DNA from: Intoshia linei | Taxonomy: Eukaryota > Animalia > Orthonectida | DNA: 49,425 nucleotides | Direction: 5' to 3' | Assembly (NCBI GenBank): GCA_001642005.1 | Contig: LWCA01000128.1 | Coordinates: 1 to 49,425, forward strand | Shown here: piece by piece, positions 27,713 to 39,299 of the stretch | How positions within the stretch are numbered: the stretch's first letter is position 1 | Layout: each line of letters begins with the position of its first letter | The notes under the pieces: generated by a model | The model's input: only the letters and a program-made list of their open reading frames with translations | The model's database searches: none | Told to the model about the DNA's origin: nothing | Made by a program: the position numbers and the translations under genes

Positions 27713-30700
27713 ATGGATAACCTTATAAAAGCCATTGGTAAACGCAATTCTGCTTTTCAATGTCTTTGTTGTCGTTCATCAGACGGTTTACCTCAAAAAT
27801 GCTCATGGAACTGTCGATGGATGGCTGTAGGAGGACATAAAAGTACAATTGTAGGAGTTGGGCTTGTATATATTTAGATCATTTTGTCAAGATTGATGAA
27901 AAGACTGTTTTAAAACTTTATGATGAAAACGAATATAAAAACCTTGTATCACTTCGCAAAGTTTCGCTGTCTAAATTTATCCCATATGTATACTCAGTCA
28001 AGACGTATCACTCAAAAAGTTTTATTACGATTATATTCATGATTTCGGTTTAGAATACATAGTGATGCAGGATATGACATTTGGAATATCCTCTCCTTCG
28101 ATAATTGATATCAAATTAGGATGCATAACCTTTTCTCGTAGTGATCTTAAGAAACATTATCGAGAGAAACCTAGCCGCAGAGTAATTTTTGTGTATTATA
28201 AAAATACATTAACATAGGATTTGTTTCAAAAAATAAGGAAACACAACGACGAACGATATTTTACCACTACCGAATTAAAAAATAAAGAAATTTCTAAATA
28301 TAGATATCTCAATTGGCGCGATATCACCACCACCACTAGAAAATTTAGCATTCGTATCAGCGCCATGAAGGTTTAATGACTATTATATCACCGTTTATTT
28401 CAACTTTTAGATTGGTGATATTGTAGAAAATAATTTTAATCATGTACATAGTCTCGAGGAAATGTCCCAAATTCTCAATATTTTTATACAAAATTCTCAA
28501 GAATTAAAGGTAATCCATTTAACCCTATTTACTATTATCTAATTTTACTTTTTTACTGTTTATTTACTTGTTGAGATTAATTGTAAATAATACATTTCGT
28601 AAATTTTGCTAAAGGTAATATTCACACGAATTTACAAAACAGAATAACGTTAAAACCCAATCATTTCTAGATGTACGTTTGCACTTAACGGTTCAAAGCT
28701 TTGAACTGTACGGATCCCCATTCATAAAATTCTTTAAAAAAGCAGTGTTCTTTTGATTAGAACTAAAAATTCTTAGCCTACACGAATTTAATACCATCCA
28801 GTTGGTAAACAATGATTGATTATAATTATTCTAATTCAGGGTAATCAACATTTTTTAGGCTAACGCCCCTATAAAATTATATTGTATGCATGGATAAATA
28901 ATACTATTTACTCAACACAAATTAAAATTTAATAGATACTTTTTCTAGGGTGTACACTGCATAGATTTTAATGTATTCTAAATTTTTTTATATCCGGTTT
29001 CAAATTGGTTTGATTTTATCACAGATCTCCTCTATTAATAATGTTTAATCGGTTTCTCTTATTAGTGAGTATATTTTCCACATTTTATATATCAATTTAG
29101 CATGGAATCTTTGCATACCACTTTACCCGTTTATCATAAGAATAACATACCAGTTTACCCACATACCTGTTTTTTTCATAGCCCCTTTAACTATTTTATA
29201 TTATTCGTGGTTCTACCTTACTTATATAAAGTAATTTAACTAAAAAGAGTATCTGTCCGTATCCATATATTTGGAACGTAAGTTTTAGGAGTTTTAAAAC
29301 CAATTTATAATACAGATTTTCGCGAGTTAGGTTTGATGGAATTTTTTTTTGAAATAAATAAATAAGTTGTAGATTTTTTTAAATCATACACTCTGATACA
29401 AATTTTAAAATCATGAGCATTATCATATGTCAACCTCAACAATTTATATCTTCACGACCAAAGGTCAAATATGGGGAAAACTAATACTAATAATGTAGTC
29501 ATAGAATTTTTGAAAATATCTCATTCAATACAGATTTTCCAGTTAACCGCTTACTGTCCGCACAGAAACCAGGTGATTTTGGAAAAATTTGAATGGAATT
29601 ATTTTGCTAGCAATATTGTTATAAAAAATTTCATACGCAATAATTGTAGTTGTTCCATAAATAGAAGAATGGGCCCAAATTAACTTATATATTTTTTAAA
29701 ACACATACATTTACATTATTTATTATGATATTTGATAAAACCTATGATAATCTTTAACTGAACATCGTGTCTGTTTTTAATGACTTATCAAATAATGATT
29801 AAATCTATAAAAGCAGAGTTCTTCAGGCGGTTTTGAACTAGATCTCTAGTCGGTATTTTTCATAGGAAATTTTTCTTAACAAGGTATATTGCAAGAGTTG
29901 ATCGAAGTTGTTAGGTGCGATTTATTTGTATTAATTCTTAAATGAATACGTATAATATACCGTAGGGACAGATTAAATGGACCTTATTTTGAAAAAGGTG
30001 GTTCGTTTTTAGCAACTGTTTTATGTTGTTTTTATATTTTTGTATATGTGTAATTACTAATTATAGATGTAGTATACAATTGAATCGTTACAAATATATT
30101 TTGATGATAATGATTTAATTCATTTTAAAATTTGTATGTACATGTTAATCAGACGCGCTTACATATAGAGTCCACGTTGATAAATATTATGATCGAAATG
30201 ATAATTTTGAAAAAAACATTCTTTCTTTTAAATTTTTTTCAGATTTTCGAGAGCACATAGTCCATTTTTTGCCTGGAAATCCACAGGATTCTATAATTAT
30301 ACATATCAATAATTCTTATAAGAGCAAAATTTTGACTGCTGAAGAGATTCTCACCTAGATTTCGTTAATATTAACTACATTATATATTAAGATTTAATCC
30401 ATATCCTTAGTAAGGATTTGGATTCCTTACTTATATGATATGCTACACAATTTTTGTTTGTGTGTGTGTTCCACTTTATTTAAATAACTACCCGTCTTGG
30501 AATTTTATAAAGTCCACATTTCAATTACAGTTTTTTCCGGAGGTGTTCGCAAAATAAATGTCAACCTCACATCTTACTAGTCAAAAACCACAATTGTCCT
30601 ATTTTTTGAAAATCAAACGAGTTGGAAAATTTAAACAAATATATACGCTGATACGGATTTTAAAATCATAAACATTATCATAATTTTAAATGCTGATGCG

Positions 30701-33700
30701 GATTTTAAAATCATAAACATTATCATAAATTTAAATTTAAAAAAATACACTGATGCGGATTTTAAAATCATAAACATTATCATAAATTTAAATTTAAAAA
30801 AATTATATTTTCAAAGCCAAAACCAAAAATTACCCTTCTTTTTTTAATGAAAACAGTCCTAGAATTTAAAAAAATTTACAGGTGGTACAGTTGTATCCTG
30901 TTAACACACACCAATTCAATCCGAATAAGTGACGACTTCACGGTCAAAAAAGCATTTAGTATTCATATATTTTTTTTCCGAAATGTTTTATTAACAAAAA
31001 CAACATATTCAATTACTTCTTTGGCCTCGATTACTACAAATATTTAATTAAGATTTTGGATAAGATTGATAGTAAGTGTAAGTGATTATGTCCTTTCCTC
31101 TGGTGCATATTGAGACCCAACGAAGCGATTGGCAATACCATGTTTGAATGCCATAGAAACAGATCATATACATTATGTATATACGTTAATGTGATTACTT
31201 CCTGATTCGATGCAATTATAGATAATGATGTATCTCCTACATTAAGGGTATCAACCTTTTCTCTAGGTAATATGACGTTACTGATTCGGAGAATTTCCTT
31301 AACTTTCTCGATTGTACGGGATTTATAATTGGCAGTATCTGCATTTGTATCCTTCTTGATACGTAAATGAGATATATAATATAGAAGAATTCCATATGTA
31401 TATTTGGTGGAATCTGGACAATCTATGGAATTTTCTAATGTATGATTGGCCTCTTTTATTTTTATAAAATCTCCTACACCAGCCTGATCACCGGCCTTAC
31501 AAACAGTTACTGTCCCCCAATTGACATATTTTATGAATGTTCCGAAGTTTTGCTCTGCCAGAAGATACATGTAGCTGACCACTATTAATGGATCAACTTG
31601 TTCTCCTGTCCAAATTTTGTTGTAAAGGTAATTTCGTAATGTTTCAACTGTGTTATTTGTATACTGTAGATCCATTGTAATTTTTTCTTTATAAAGATTC
31701 TCATTATATGGAACTGCTTGAGAATCAAGAGAAGGAACAATATAATTCACACAACTTTCTTTATCAAATACTTATTTTCCATTTAGCTCTTTGTATGACG
31801 GAATAATTCCTTGTTTTAAATAGGCCCTCATTCGTTTATCAGCATCTCGCTGAAATTGTTTACTTACCCCTATCTCCTTGATAGCTAAATTTTTTTTTAA
31901 CATGTAGCTTCAGAAATCCAATGTCATAAGCATTGAATAGATTATTTCAAGCACACAATGACAATCTTAATGAGATGGCAGAGTAGACTTCTTCGTTTGT
32001 AATTTTCATGTCATTCGCCAATTCAGTAAATTTGGCTAGGCTGATCTCATCCAAGTTAACATGTTCTGTATCTGGATTTATGGTCTCCAGTACACATGTC
32101 CTCACGGCTAGTAAAATCATTTGGTAGTATGAGGTGCCTCCGAGTCTGGTTCCTCCAAGAGTGTGAACATACTTGAAGTACATCCTCGTTGCAATGTACA
32201 TGTAACTATTTGGACATGAAATGGAGGAGTATGCTGATTTGGGAACTAAGTTAAGTGATCTGTGATACCAAACTAGACTAGTTGAGTCATAGTGTTTCGC
32301 GTCGAGTGAAAACATTTTGTGTAATTCAGGTTTTATAAACTTAGTGAACATCATTGATATTATACGAGCGTGATCGTCTTCATGGTACATCGCCATGTAT
32401 TCGGTCCATAGATTGAGAGTGAAAGTAAAAGAATTATGTGAAACCCTGGGTATAAAACAAATGGCAATATACAAGTCGAACGAGCCAACAGAAAGTTAAA
32501 TAAGAGAACATCTCATAGGGATGAGGAACAGTAATTCCTAAAAGTGGTTTTCCCCAGATCTAGTTCTGAGATTGTCGGCGTAAGTGGATGAACAGTCCTA
32601 CATTTGGTATACTTGTCCATTGTTATATTCAAGATTCTTTATTATTGACGCCTCTGATTTGAGTAATCTTAGCTACACTACTACTGAGAATTTCCGTGAA
32701 AAGGCAAGTCGAATCGTTTTGGCGTTCTGTATTATACTATAAATGGAGTCTGTGTACCCATATAAGATTGATCCGAAAAAACTAGAAATAAATCTAGGAA
32801 AAAGGGTTTAATCCTATATAAATAATTAAAAAAAGAATTCACGGACCTATGAGTCATTTCTATGCTGTCTTTAATTAATACATTCTTTATTGTTGGTGTC
32901 CTACTAATTATTTTCTTTTTAACTGATTCCTTAATGATGCTTTAAACTGAGACTGGGTTTATTAAGTTAATAGTGACTGGATTCTCTATTAATTTAGATA
33001 TATCTGCTGGTTCAAAGGTTCTAAGATTGAACCTTAAGGAGTTTAATATGAGTGTTTTAAAATGTATATTTTTGGAAAAGTCATATATCCCTTTTTAAAA
33101 AGATAGTGATTCAGTTATTTCATCGGGAATTATCGAGTTAGAGTCATTCCTCCTATTACTTCAATTCCTGGGTCAATAAATACAATTATCATCCATAAAT
33201 GATTTTCTTTTTCGGTATTCGGATATGCACTCCAATGTTTTAGGTACACAAAACTAGGTCCATCAAAGATGGATTATAAAACATTATTTTCCTAAGAGAA
33301 GAGCTTACATATAATAGATAAAGATCTATTGATCTTTGGTATGAAGATGAGTGTTGAACATTGGTGAGAGCAGTCGCCCCAATTGATGAAATTGTGTTGG
33401 AGATATTTATTATCATATCATTAGAGAAATATCCTACTCTTGCGACCCTTTTAGATTCCGGACATAATATTCTGCCCCTAAATAAAGAATATTTCCCATA
33501 AATCAAAAAATTAGTAGAATACCAAGTTTCATCAGCCTTTATCAATAAGCCAAATTTACAAGCCCCATTTTGTATGGATTGCATAATAGTCTTTACGTCT
33601 AGTTTTATGGACTTGGTTTTTCTATCATCTGAGTTGTTATCCAATTGACTTGGATTATTGTAGGTTAAACAAATAATTTGATTGTCCCCTTGGGCTAATA

Positions 33701-34810
33701 TTTTGCTACATACATTACGTTAAGATGTTTCATATTCAATTATTAATAAAGATACAATTTTCTATCCTTTTTGTCTAAGTCCTTCCAAGCCGCCGAGTTG
33801 TCCATTCCATGATACGAATTTTTCTTTTTTTGTTGTTCACATTGAGGTTCGAGTCTATGTTGATTAAGTCTAATCGATCGAAATAATATACTAGATACTA
33901 TACTAGATAATGGGTACTATGAATTTGTTCTTAAAATTCTCTACATAAATGTTAATAATAAAATTAAGTGGGTATAATTCACTTTAAATTAATAGGTAAA
34001 GTGAAGTCACCGGTCCATGATGACAAAAGTTTGGGAACCAATTTTTTAACGATTGGGAATAGTAAATAAATTTTCTAGCATTTTTATGTAAGATTTTATT
34101 ATTTAATTTATTTTTTGGTGGAATTGAAATAGTTCGTCCTCGGCAGAGCTACGTGTTGTTTATACCAAGTACATAATAGTCTAATATATATAGTCATAAT
34201 ATTACGTATATAATAAGTATCAACATAATTTCCATATTTAGAATATTTATGAAGAAAAAATAAGCGAATTAGTCCAATTAGCACCTGATTGTTCGTATTT
34301 AAATGATAAAGAGGTATTTCCATCATATCCAATATTTACATTAATTACAGCAGTTTCCCGATCCACACATCTATATATAGAAAATTATCAAAATTCTAAA
34401 AGATTTTTTTAATATATAAGAAATACAAACCAGTATTTTCTAAATTTGATTTAAAAGTGTGGATAATGAATTATATTATATATAGGACTTGCATTTTATG
34501 ACCTTGTTTATTTGACATTTAGATAATAGGATGCTCTTTACTATTGGTGCATAATCCAATTAACTCAGGTCAAGTACAAGCCAGCTTAATAGATTTTGCA
34601 AAATTAAATAATATATCAAAAAATGAAAGGCTTATAAATTTCGAAGTAAATGCACCACCCAACTACAATGTAACCGTAGACGATTCAAAAATCAACGTAC
34701 AAGATAGTGACTATCAAATATTAAAATTGTATCAGGATACACATAAAAACGGATTTTTTATGGGTCTCGATAATGTTATTAACCTTGTTAAATCAATAAA
34801 AATACAATAA
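27713..34810 (+). CDS. Inositol-1,4,5-trisphosphate 3-kinase (IPK family, ITPK-like), with a 5.7 kb intron at 28510-34241
   Basis: WMAVGGH; PSIIDIKLG (PxxxDxKxG); IP-binding lobe DLFQKI...SKYRYLNWRDITTTT. Exon 34242-34313 (NIYEEKISEL...NDKE) joins in phase to 34523-34810 (IIGCSLLLVH...SLIDFAK...GFFMGLDNVI). Confidence 0.85.
30424..31005 (+). mobile_element. Helitron 5' arm abutting the viral insert
   Basis: Highly similar to 41477-~42090, including the same internal triplication of a ~50-60 bp unit (30646-30802 vs 41710-41868). Homology ends abruptly at ~31005. Confidence 0.85.
31034..31903 (-). pseudogene. Endogenous rhabdovirus-like nucleoprotein, N-terminal half (copy N2)
   Basis: TVETLRNYLYNKIWTGEQVDPLIVVSYMY and VNWGTVTVCKAGDQAGVGDFIKIK align with vesiculovirus N (SLSDLRGYVYQGLKSGNVSIIHVNSYLY; SSFGINIGKAGDTIGIFDLVSLK). 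YDLFL aligns with VDMFF. 238-codon open frame, which continues upstream to an ATG at 31903 past one TAA (31772-31774). Confidence 0.85.
31947..32474 (-). pseudogene. Endogenous rhabdovirus-like nucleoprotein, C-terminal half (copy N1)
   Basis: SLVWYHRSLNLVPKSAYSSISCP matches the conserved rhabdoviral N motif SYMPYLIDFGLSxKSPYSSVKNP. Intronless, with visibly higher GC than the host intron. Confidence 0.8.
32495..33895 (-). pseudogene. Endogenous rhabdovirus-like L protein (RdRp core through the GxTVPHP region), with stops and frameshifts
   Basis: WNGQLGGLEG LRQKG* (motif B, ~33762-33810); KILAQGDNQII (GDN at 33681-33689); FGLLIKADETWYSTNFLIYGK; PDEITESLSF; KLIENPVTIN; FPRFIS; IQNAKTIR; CSSTYADNLRTRS.GKPLLGITVPHPYEM (~32510-32595). 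All are collinear with vesiculovirus L. Confidence 0.95.
34020..34184 (+). mobile_element. Degenerate Helitron 3' arm/terminus downstream of the viral insert
   Basis: cctcggcagagctacgtgttgtttataccaagtacataatagtCTAA|t is homologous to the termini at 43056-43106 and 19065-19110. The preceding ~120 bp aligns with 18960-19050. Confidence 0.65.
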
Positions 34811-35055
34811 TCTTATTCAAATCTTGTATATTTAAAAATAAATATATATTGAAATTAAACTTTCATTTTTTATACAAAACTTTTGTAACAAAAGAATGCA
34901 ACATTGACTAACAGCAACAAAATAAAATGAATTGACAAATCAATTGAATTGAATCAATTCTACAAATACTAATGTAACTGCAAAGTTGATAAAATTGCCT
35001 TAGTAATTGTAAATAATCGATTACTATAGTCTTAATATAACTTTATTCATCCAAA

Positions 35056-38000
35056 ATGTCAAAAAGACCTTTCACAAATTATGTACAACCAGGTTTAACG
35101 CGTGTAAGCTCTCCAAAACATTTTAAATCTAACATTGACCAATTTAAAAGTGTAAGTACATTTTATTTTAAAAAAAATAAACTTTCAGGATTCACCGTGT
35201 AAAACTATAGTTGTCGACAATGTTAAAGATGTAACTGAAAAAAATATACTTGGAGCATTTAAAAAATTTGGAAGAATGGCGTAAATTTGTCGAGTTCAAT
35301 ATTTCATTATATTTAGACGAGTCCTACTTTTGCCACATTTTTTTCGTGCTTTAGTAGAATTTGAAGTAAATTTAAATTTGTTTTAATTGATGTAAAATTT
35401 GTTTAGGAATTGAATTTTGCAATTTCTGCTGTAAATAAATGCAAGGTACGCGAATAACATTAAAATTTAATTATATTTAATTTTTTCTAGGAAGATCCCT
35501 TAAAAGTGTGTACAAACTTTGTAAAAGTTTATTTTTCGCGATATCCAACAATTTCAGAATATATGTAATACTTACCAAATTCGATTAGTGTATTAAGATT
35601 TAGATAATTTTATTTATGTAGATCTAATGAAGGAACCGTAAGTGTGCTTAAAATTGATATTGACAAACCAATTTATCCCATTACTACTGTACGATTTTTT
35701 TATTTTAGTATTTTAAATATTTAGAATGTAATGCGGAAAATTTTGGCACCATATGATACCAATTTAAAAATTATTATAGTTTCAAATTCTCAAGTTTTAG
35801 TAGAGTATGTATTTTTTATATTTTTGTAAATCTTTATTAGATTTTCCTCTGTCGTGGGGGCTAACAATGCAAAACGATATTTAGATGGCGAAGATATTTA
35901 TTCTGGATGTTGTACTCTGCGAATTTCTCGCGCTGAGGTAATATTCACACAAAAGGAAAATAAATCCTAATAATAATACCAAAAACAAACAATTACGAAT
36001 TAAAAAATTTAGTTTTCAAATTTAAACATCAGAGAAAATAGTGAATTGGAATACGCTTATAATTTAAACAGTGGTAACGAAATTAACACAATAATACAAA
36101 ATAAAAAATTAAAATTAATCTAATCAAAAATAAACCAAGAAATGCATAATAGTATTATGAGTGCAACGTTAATTTTTTTATTTAGATTATCACAATGATT
36201 CTTTCATAAATCCACATTTTGGCAGTTCCTCCAATTCAGTAATTGATTATGATTTTTTTATTTATTTTTTTTAGCGTAATATTGTGCAACCTATCCCTAA
36301 TGCCGTTCAGCAATATGATGAAAATGGAATCGAGCCTGGAAATGTGATTATCGTTGTTGGTTTGACTGATAAATTTAATTGCAATAAATTGTTCAATTTA
36401 CTTTGCCAATACGGAAATGTTATTAAGGTTTACATGTAATTTTTTGGATCACATTTATTCCCTAGATAAAAATTTTGAAAACTAGACAACGATCCGCCAT
36501 GATCCAAATGGGAAACCGTGTTGGGTGCGAACGAGCCATTAATTGTTTGAATGGCTGTAGTGTTTTTGGAACTAAACTACAATTTACGTAGATCTATTGT
36601 CAATATAATATATATTTTGTTTAGATTTTCTAAATTGGACTTTTTAGTCTTTCCTCGTCAAAAAGCTCATCCGCTGGCCGATGATACTCCTTCATTTGAG
36701 TCTTTTGCTGGTTCAAAATTGAATAGATTCAGTACACTTGAAGATGCAAAAAGACACGGTAATATTTTTATTTATTATAGTTTATACGCTAGGGTAGAGG
36801 TGTTTAGAGAGGTGATCGTTAAATAGTTTTGGCATAATAGGTTCTGCATACATTTTTTACAATAAAATAAATTTTTTTCTGGCAATGCGTAGATTTCAGG
36901 AGTTGAAATTTTGTATTTATATGAACTGGCATAAGCTGTATCGGAATAATCTTTTTTTTAACTGTTAACGGACTGTTAATTATTTCAAATTTTTTTATTT
37001 TATTACAATTGTTATCAAATATTAATAAATGAATACCAACGTGCTTCTTGACCGTGAAGGCGTCACTTCGTCAGATTGAATTTTTTTTAAAAAGGTTAAT
37101 CTAAGTTTTTGATAGTCAAAATGGACTTTTTTGGGTTTTATATTTATGATAATTTTAAAATCTTTATCAGATTATGTATTTTTTATAATTCTAGGACTCG
37201 TTTGATTCTTAAAAAAAAAAGGATAATTGGGGTTTAGACCTTGAAAGGCTAAATTTTTGAAAATGAAATTTGCGATAAAACATTACACTCACAAATGGGT
37301 ACTTTTAAAACTTTACACCTTTACTTTTTTAAATAAATGGTGAAAAACAAAAAAATAGACATTTATTTTTAACTAAATTAATTTATATAAGTTAGGGTTT
37401 AAAAGTGTAGATCAGAGGTTAGGAAGCATTTACTGTTCCAAGACAGCGCTAACATCCCAAAAAATTTAATAAAATACAGCAGTGCGTCTCATGGGGGTGA
37501 CTGGTCACCCTGTCGTGAAAAATTTTATACCTACCAATTGAACGATAATTGATATCAATATAGAAACGGCATTACACTAACAAAATAAAGCAATTGAGCA
37601 GTGACAAGCACACATAACAAACAAAACATAAGCCAGATTAATTTTAGGTTAAATAACAGCGTGCAAAATGAACGAAATTGTGTATTATTATAAGCCAAAA
37701 TTATACTATACTATTTTAGTCACAAATATTAATTAAAATTAAATCGGTAGGCATAAAATTTTTCACGACGTGTTGATGTTGAAAAATTTTCGACTTACCA
37801 AAAAAAAATTTTTTAAACATAATTCACTCTGAACTGGTTAAAAAAAAACCCTTAAAAATTTTACAGTGATTTATTTTATAAATTTAGTGGGCTTTAATTT
37901 TATTTTAATTTAATATTTGTGACTAAAATAGTATAGTATAATTTTGGCTTATAATAATATACAATTTCGTTCATTTTGCACGCTGTTATTTAACCTAAAA

Positions 38001-39299
38001 TTAATCTGGCTTAAAATACACTGCTCAATTACTTTGTTTTGTTAGTGTAATGTTGTTTTTATATTGATATTGCTAAAATTTTTCACGACAACCCCAAGAG
38101 GTGAATAATTTTATTAGTGGGTGAATACGAAAATTTTATATGATTCGAATGATACATTTTTAGCACATTTTATTCAATTTAGTAAAATTTTACTAACCCT
38201 TAAGGAAAAAATCTTCTTTTATCAATATTTTTTTGAAAAATTCTATTTAACCAAAAATTAATATTTTTAAAATAATTCAAATTGTTCAGAAGTCGCACTT
38301 TTCCCACTTTTGTTGTAGATAATAAGGCGGGGTTCCAATGCTTTTTTCACGGCGAACAATAATACATTATAAAATTTAACTCTGACCATTAAAAGTAAAT
38401 TGCTAGGAAACATTAAAAAAATGTTTAATAAAAACGTAATAAATTGGCTTGCATAATAAATGTTAATAATAATATCAGTAAAAATTATTTCGCAGACCTG
38501 TAAATTTTTTTATGGATCAGCATTGAGAAGACGCTACAACAGTAATATTAATCATTATTAATATAAAAAACTTTATTTGATTGATTTTCTGTCTTTAATG
38601 AATTTACAATGTTGTTTTGTTCATTTTATTTTTTTAGTTCAGTTATACCTCATTTATTCTGGTTTTACGAAATTTATTTTGAAGTTTATTTATAGCTTTT
38701 GAAATTAATTATGAGGAATGTTAACTACCCTGTTTAATATTTACCAAATATTGTTTTCCCGTACCCGTTGCACAGCTCTATGTAATACAAGTATATTAAC
38801 AATAACGATTTTGATTAACCAATTTGTAGTGGGTGTGTATTACTGCAAAAATATATGTTAATAAATATATTATATTTACATGTTTATTATTGATTTAATT
38901 TAGAAATTAATCGCCCAAATAGGACTTTGCACTTTTATAATATTCCTACTTCATTCGACCAAGAAAAAATTAACAAAGTAAAACTAATTTATTTTTCATT
39001 TTAATTTGTAGACGTTTAACGATATGTCCTTAAAAGAACCAAATAAAATACAATTTTACGGAAACAGTGAGTTTATTATATTAATGAATGAATTATAATT
39101 AGGTTCGAAAAGTAAACACGGTTTAATGGAATGGGTTAAATTTGATGATGCTATTGATGCTATTTTGATAGCTCAGCATCACTCTATTTCTGATTCAGGT
39201 AAATTCGATTCATTCATTTTACATTTTTTAGCTAGCAAGTATCCATACATTTTAAAAATGAATTTTGCTTCTTGTCTGATTAGACCTACAAATAGATAA
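35056..39299 (+). CDS. HNRNPL: hnRNP L-like 4-RRM protein, paralog 1, multi-exon
   Basis: PIYPIT, LDGEDIYSGCCTLRI, FNCNKLFNLLCQYGNV, FAGSKLNRFST, PNRTLHFYNIP, HGLMEW, YPYILKMNFA. Stop at 39297-39299. Confidence 0.88.
36860..37396 (-). mobile_element. Helitron family copy in hnRNP L intron
   Basis: Collinear with 21070-21810 and 3015-3600. Ends in ttatataagttaggg, the reverse complement of the 5' end. Confidence 0.7.
37484..38103. repeat. Long inverted repeat / foldback-type element (arms ~37510-37745 and ~37895-38090)
   Basis: aagccagattaattttaggttaaataacagcgtgcaaaatgaacgaaattg...gtcacaaatatta is present as a near-perfect reverse complement about 150 bp downstream. Confidence 0.85.

Noticed and set aside
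30646-30802. Three ~50-60 bp repeats just upstream of the viral sequence, superficially CRISPR-like
   Set aside because: Units are contiguous with no unique spacers, and the same triplet occurs in the Helitron at 41710-41868. The context is eukaryotic.
31890-31904. CATGTTAAAAAAAAA on the - strand as a rhabdoviral gene-end/polyadenylation signal
   Set aside because: It differs from (T/C)ATGA7, has no AACAG-like gene start after it, and A-runs are ubiquitous here. Kept only as a possible frameshift site.
31034-32474. Simple circular permutation of a single N gene
   Set aside because: The two halves appear to overlap in homologous but diverged sequence, which favours two copies. Not fully excluded because the overlap is short.
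34381-34456. Candidate IP3K exon
   Set aside because: All three frames contain stops; exon 34242-34313 fits phase and homology instead.
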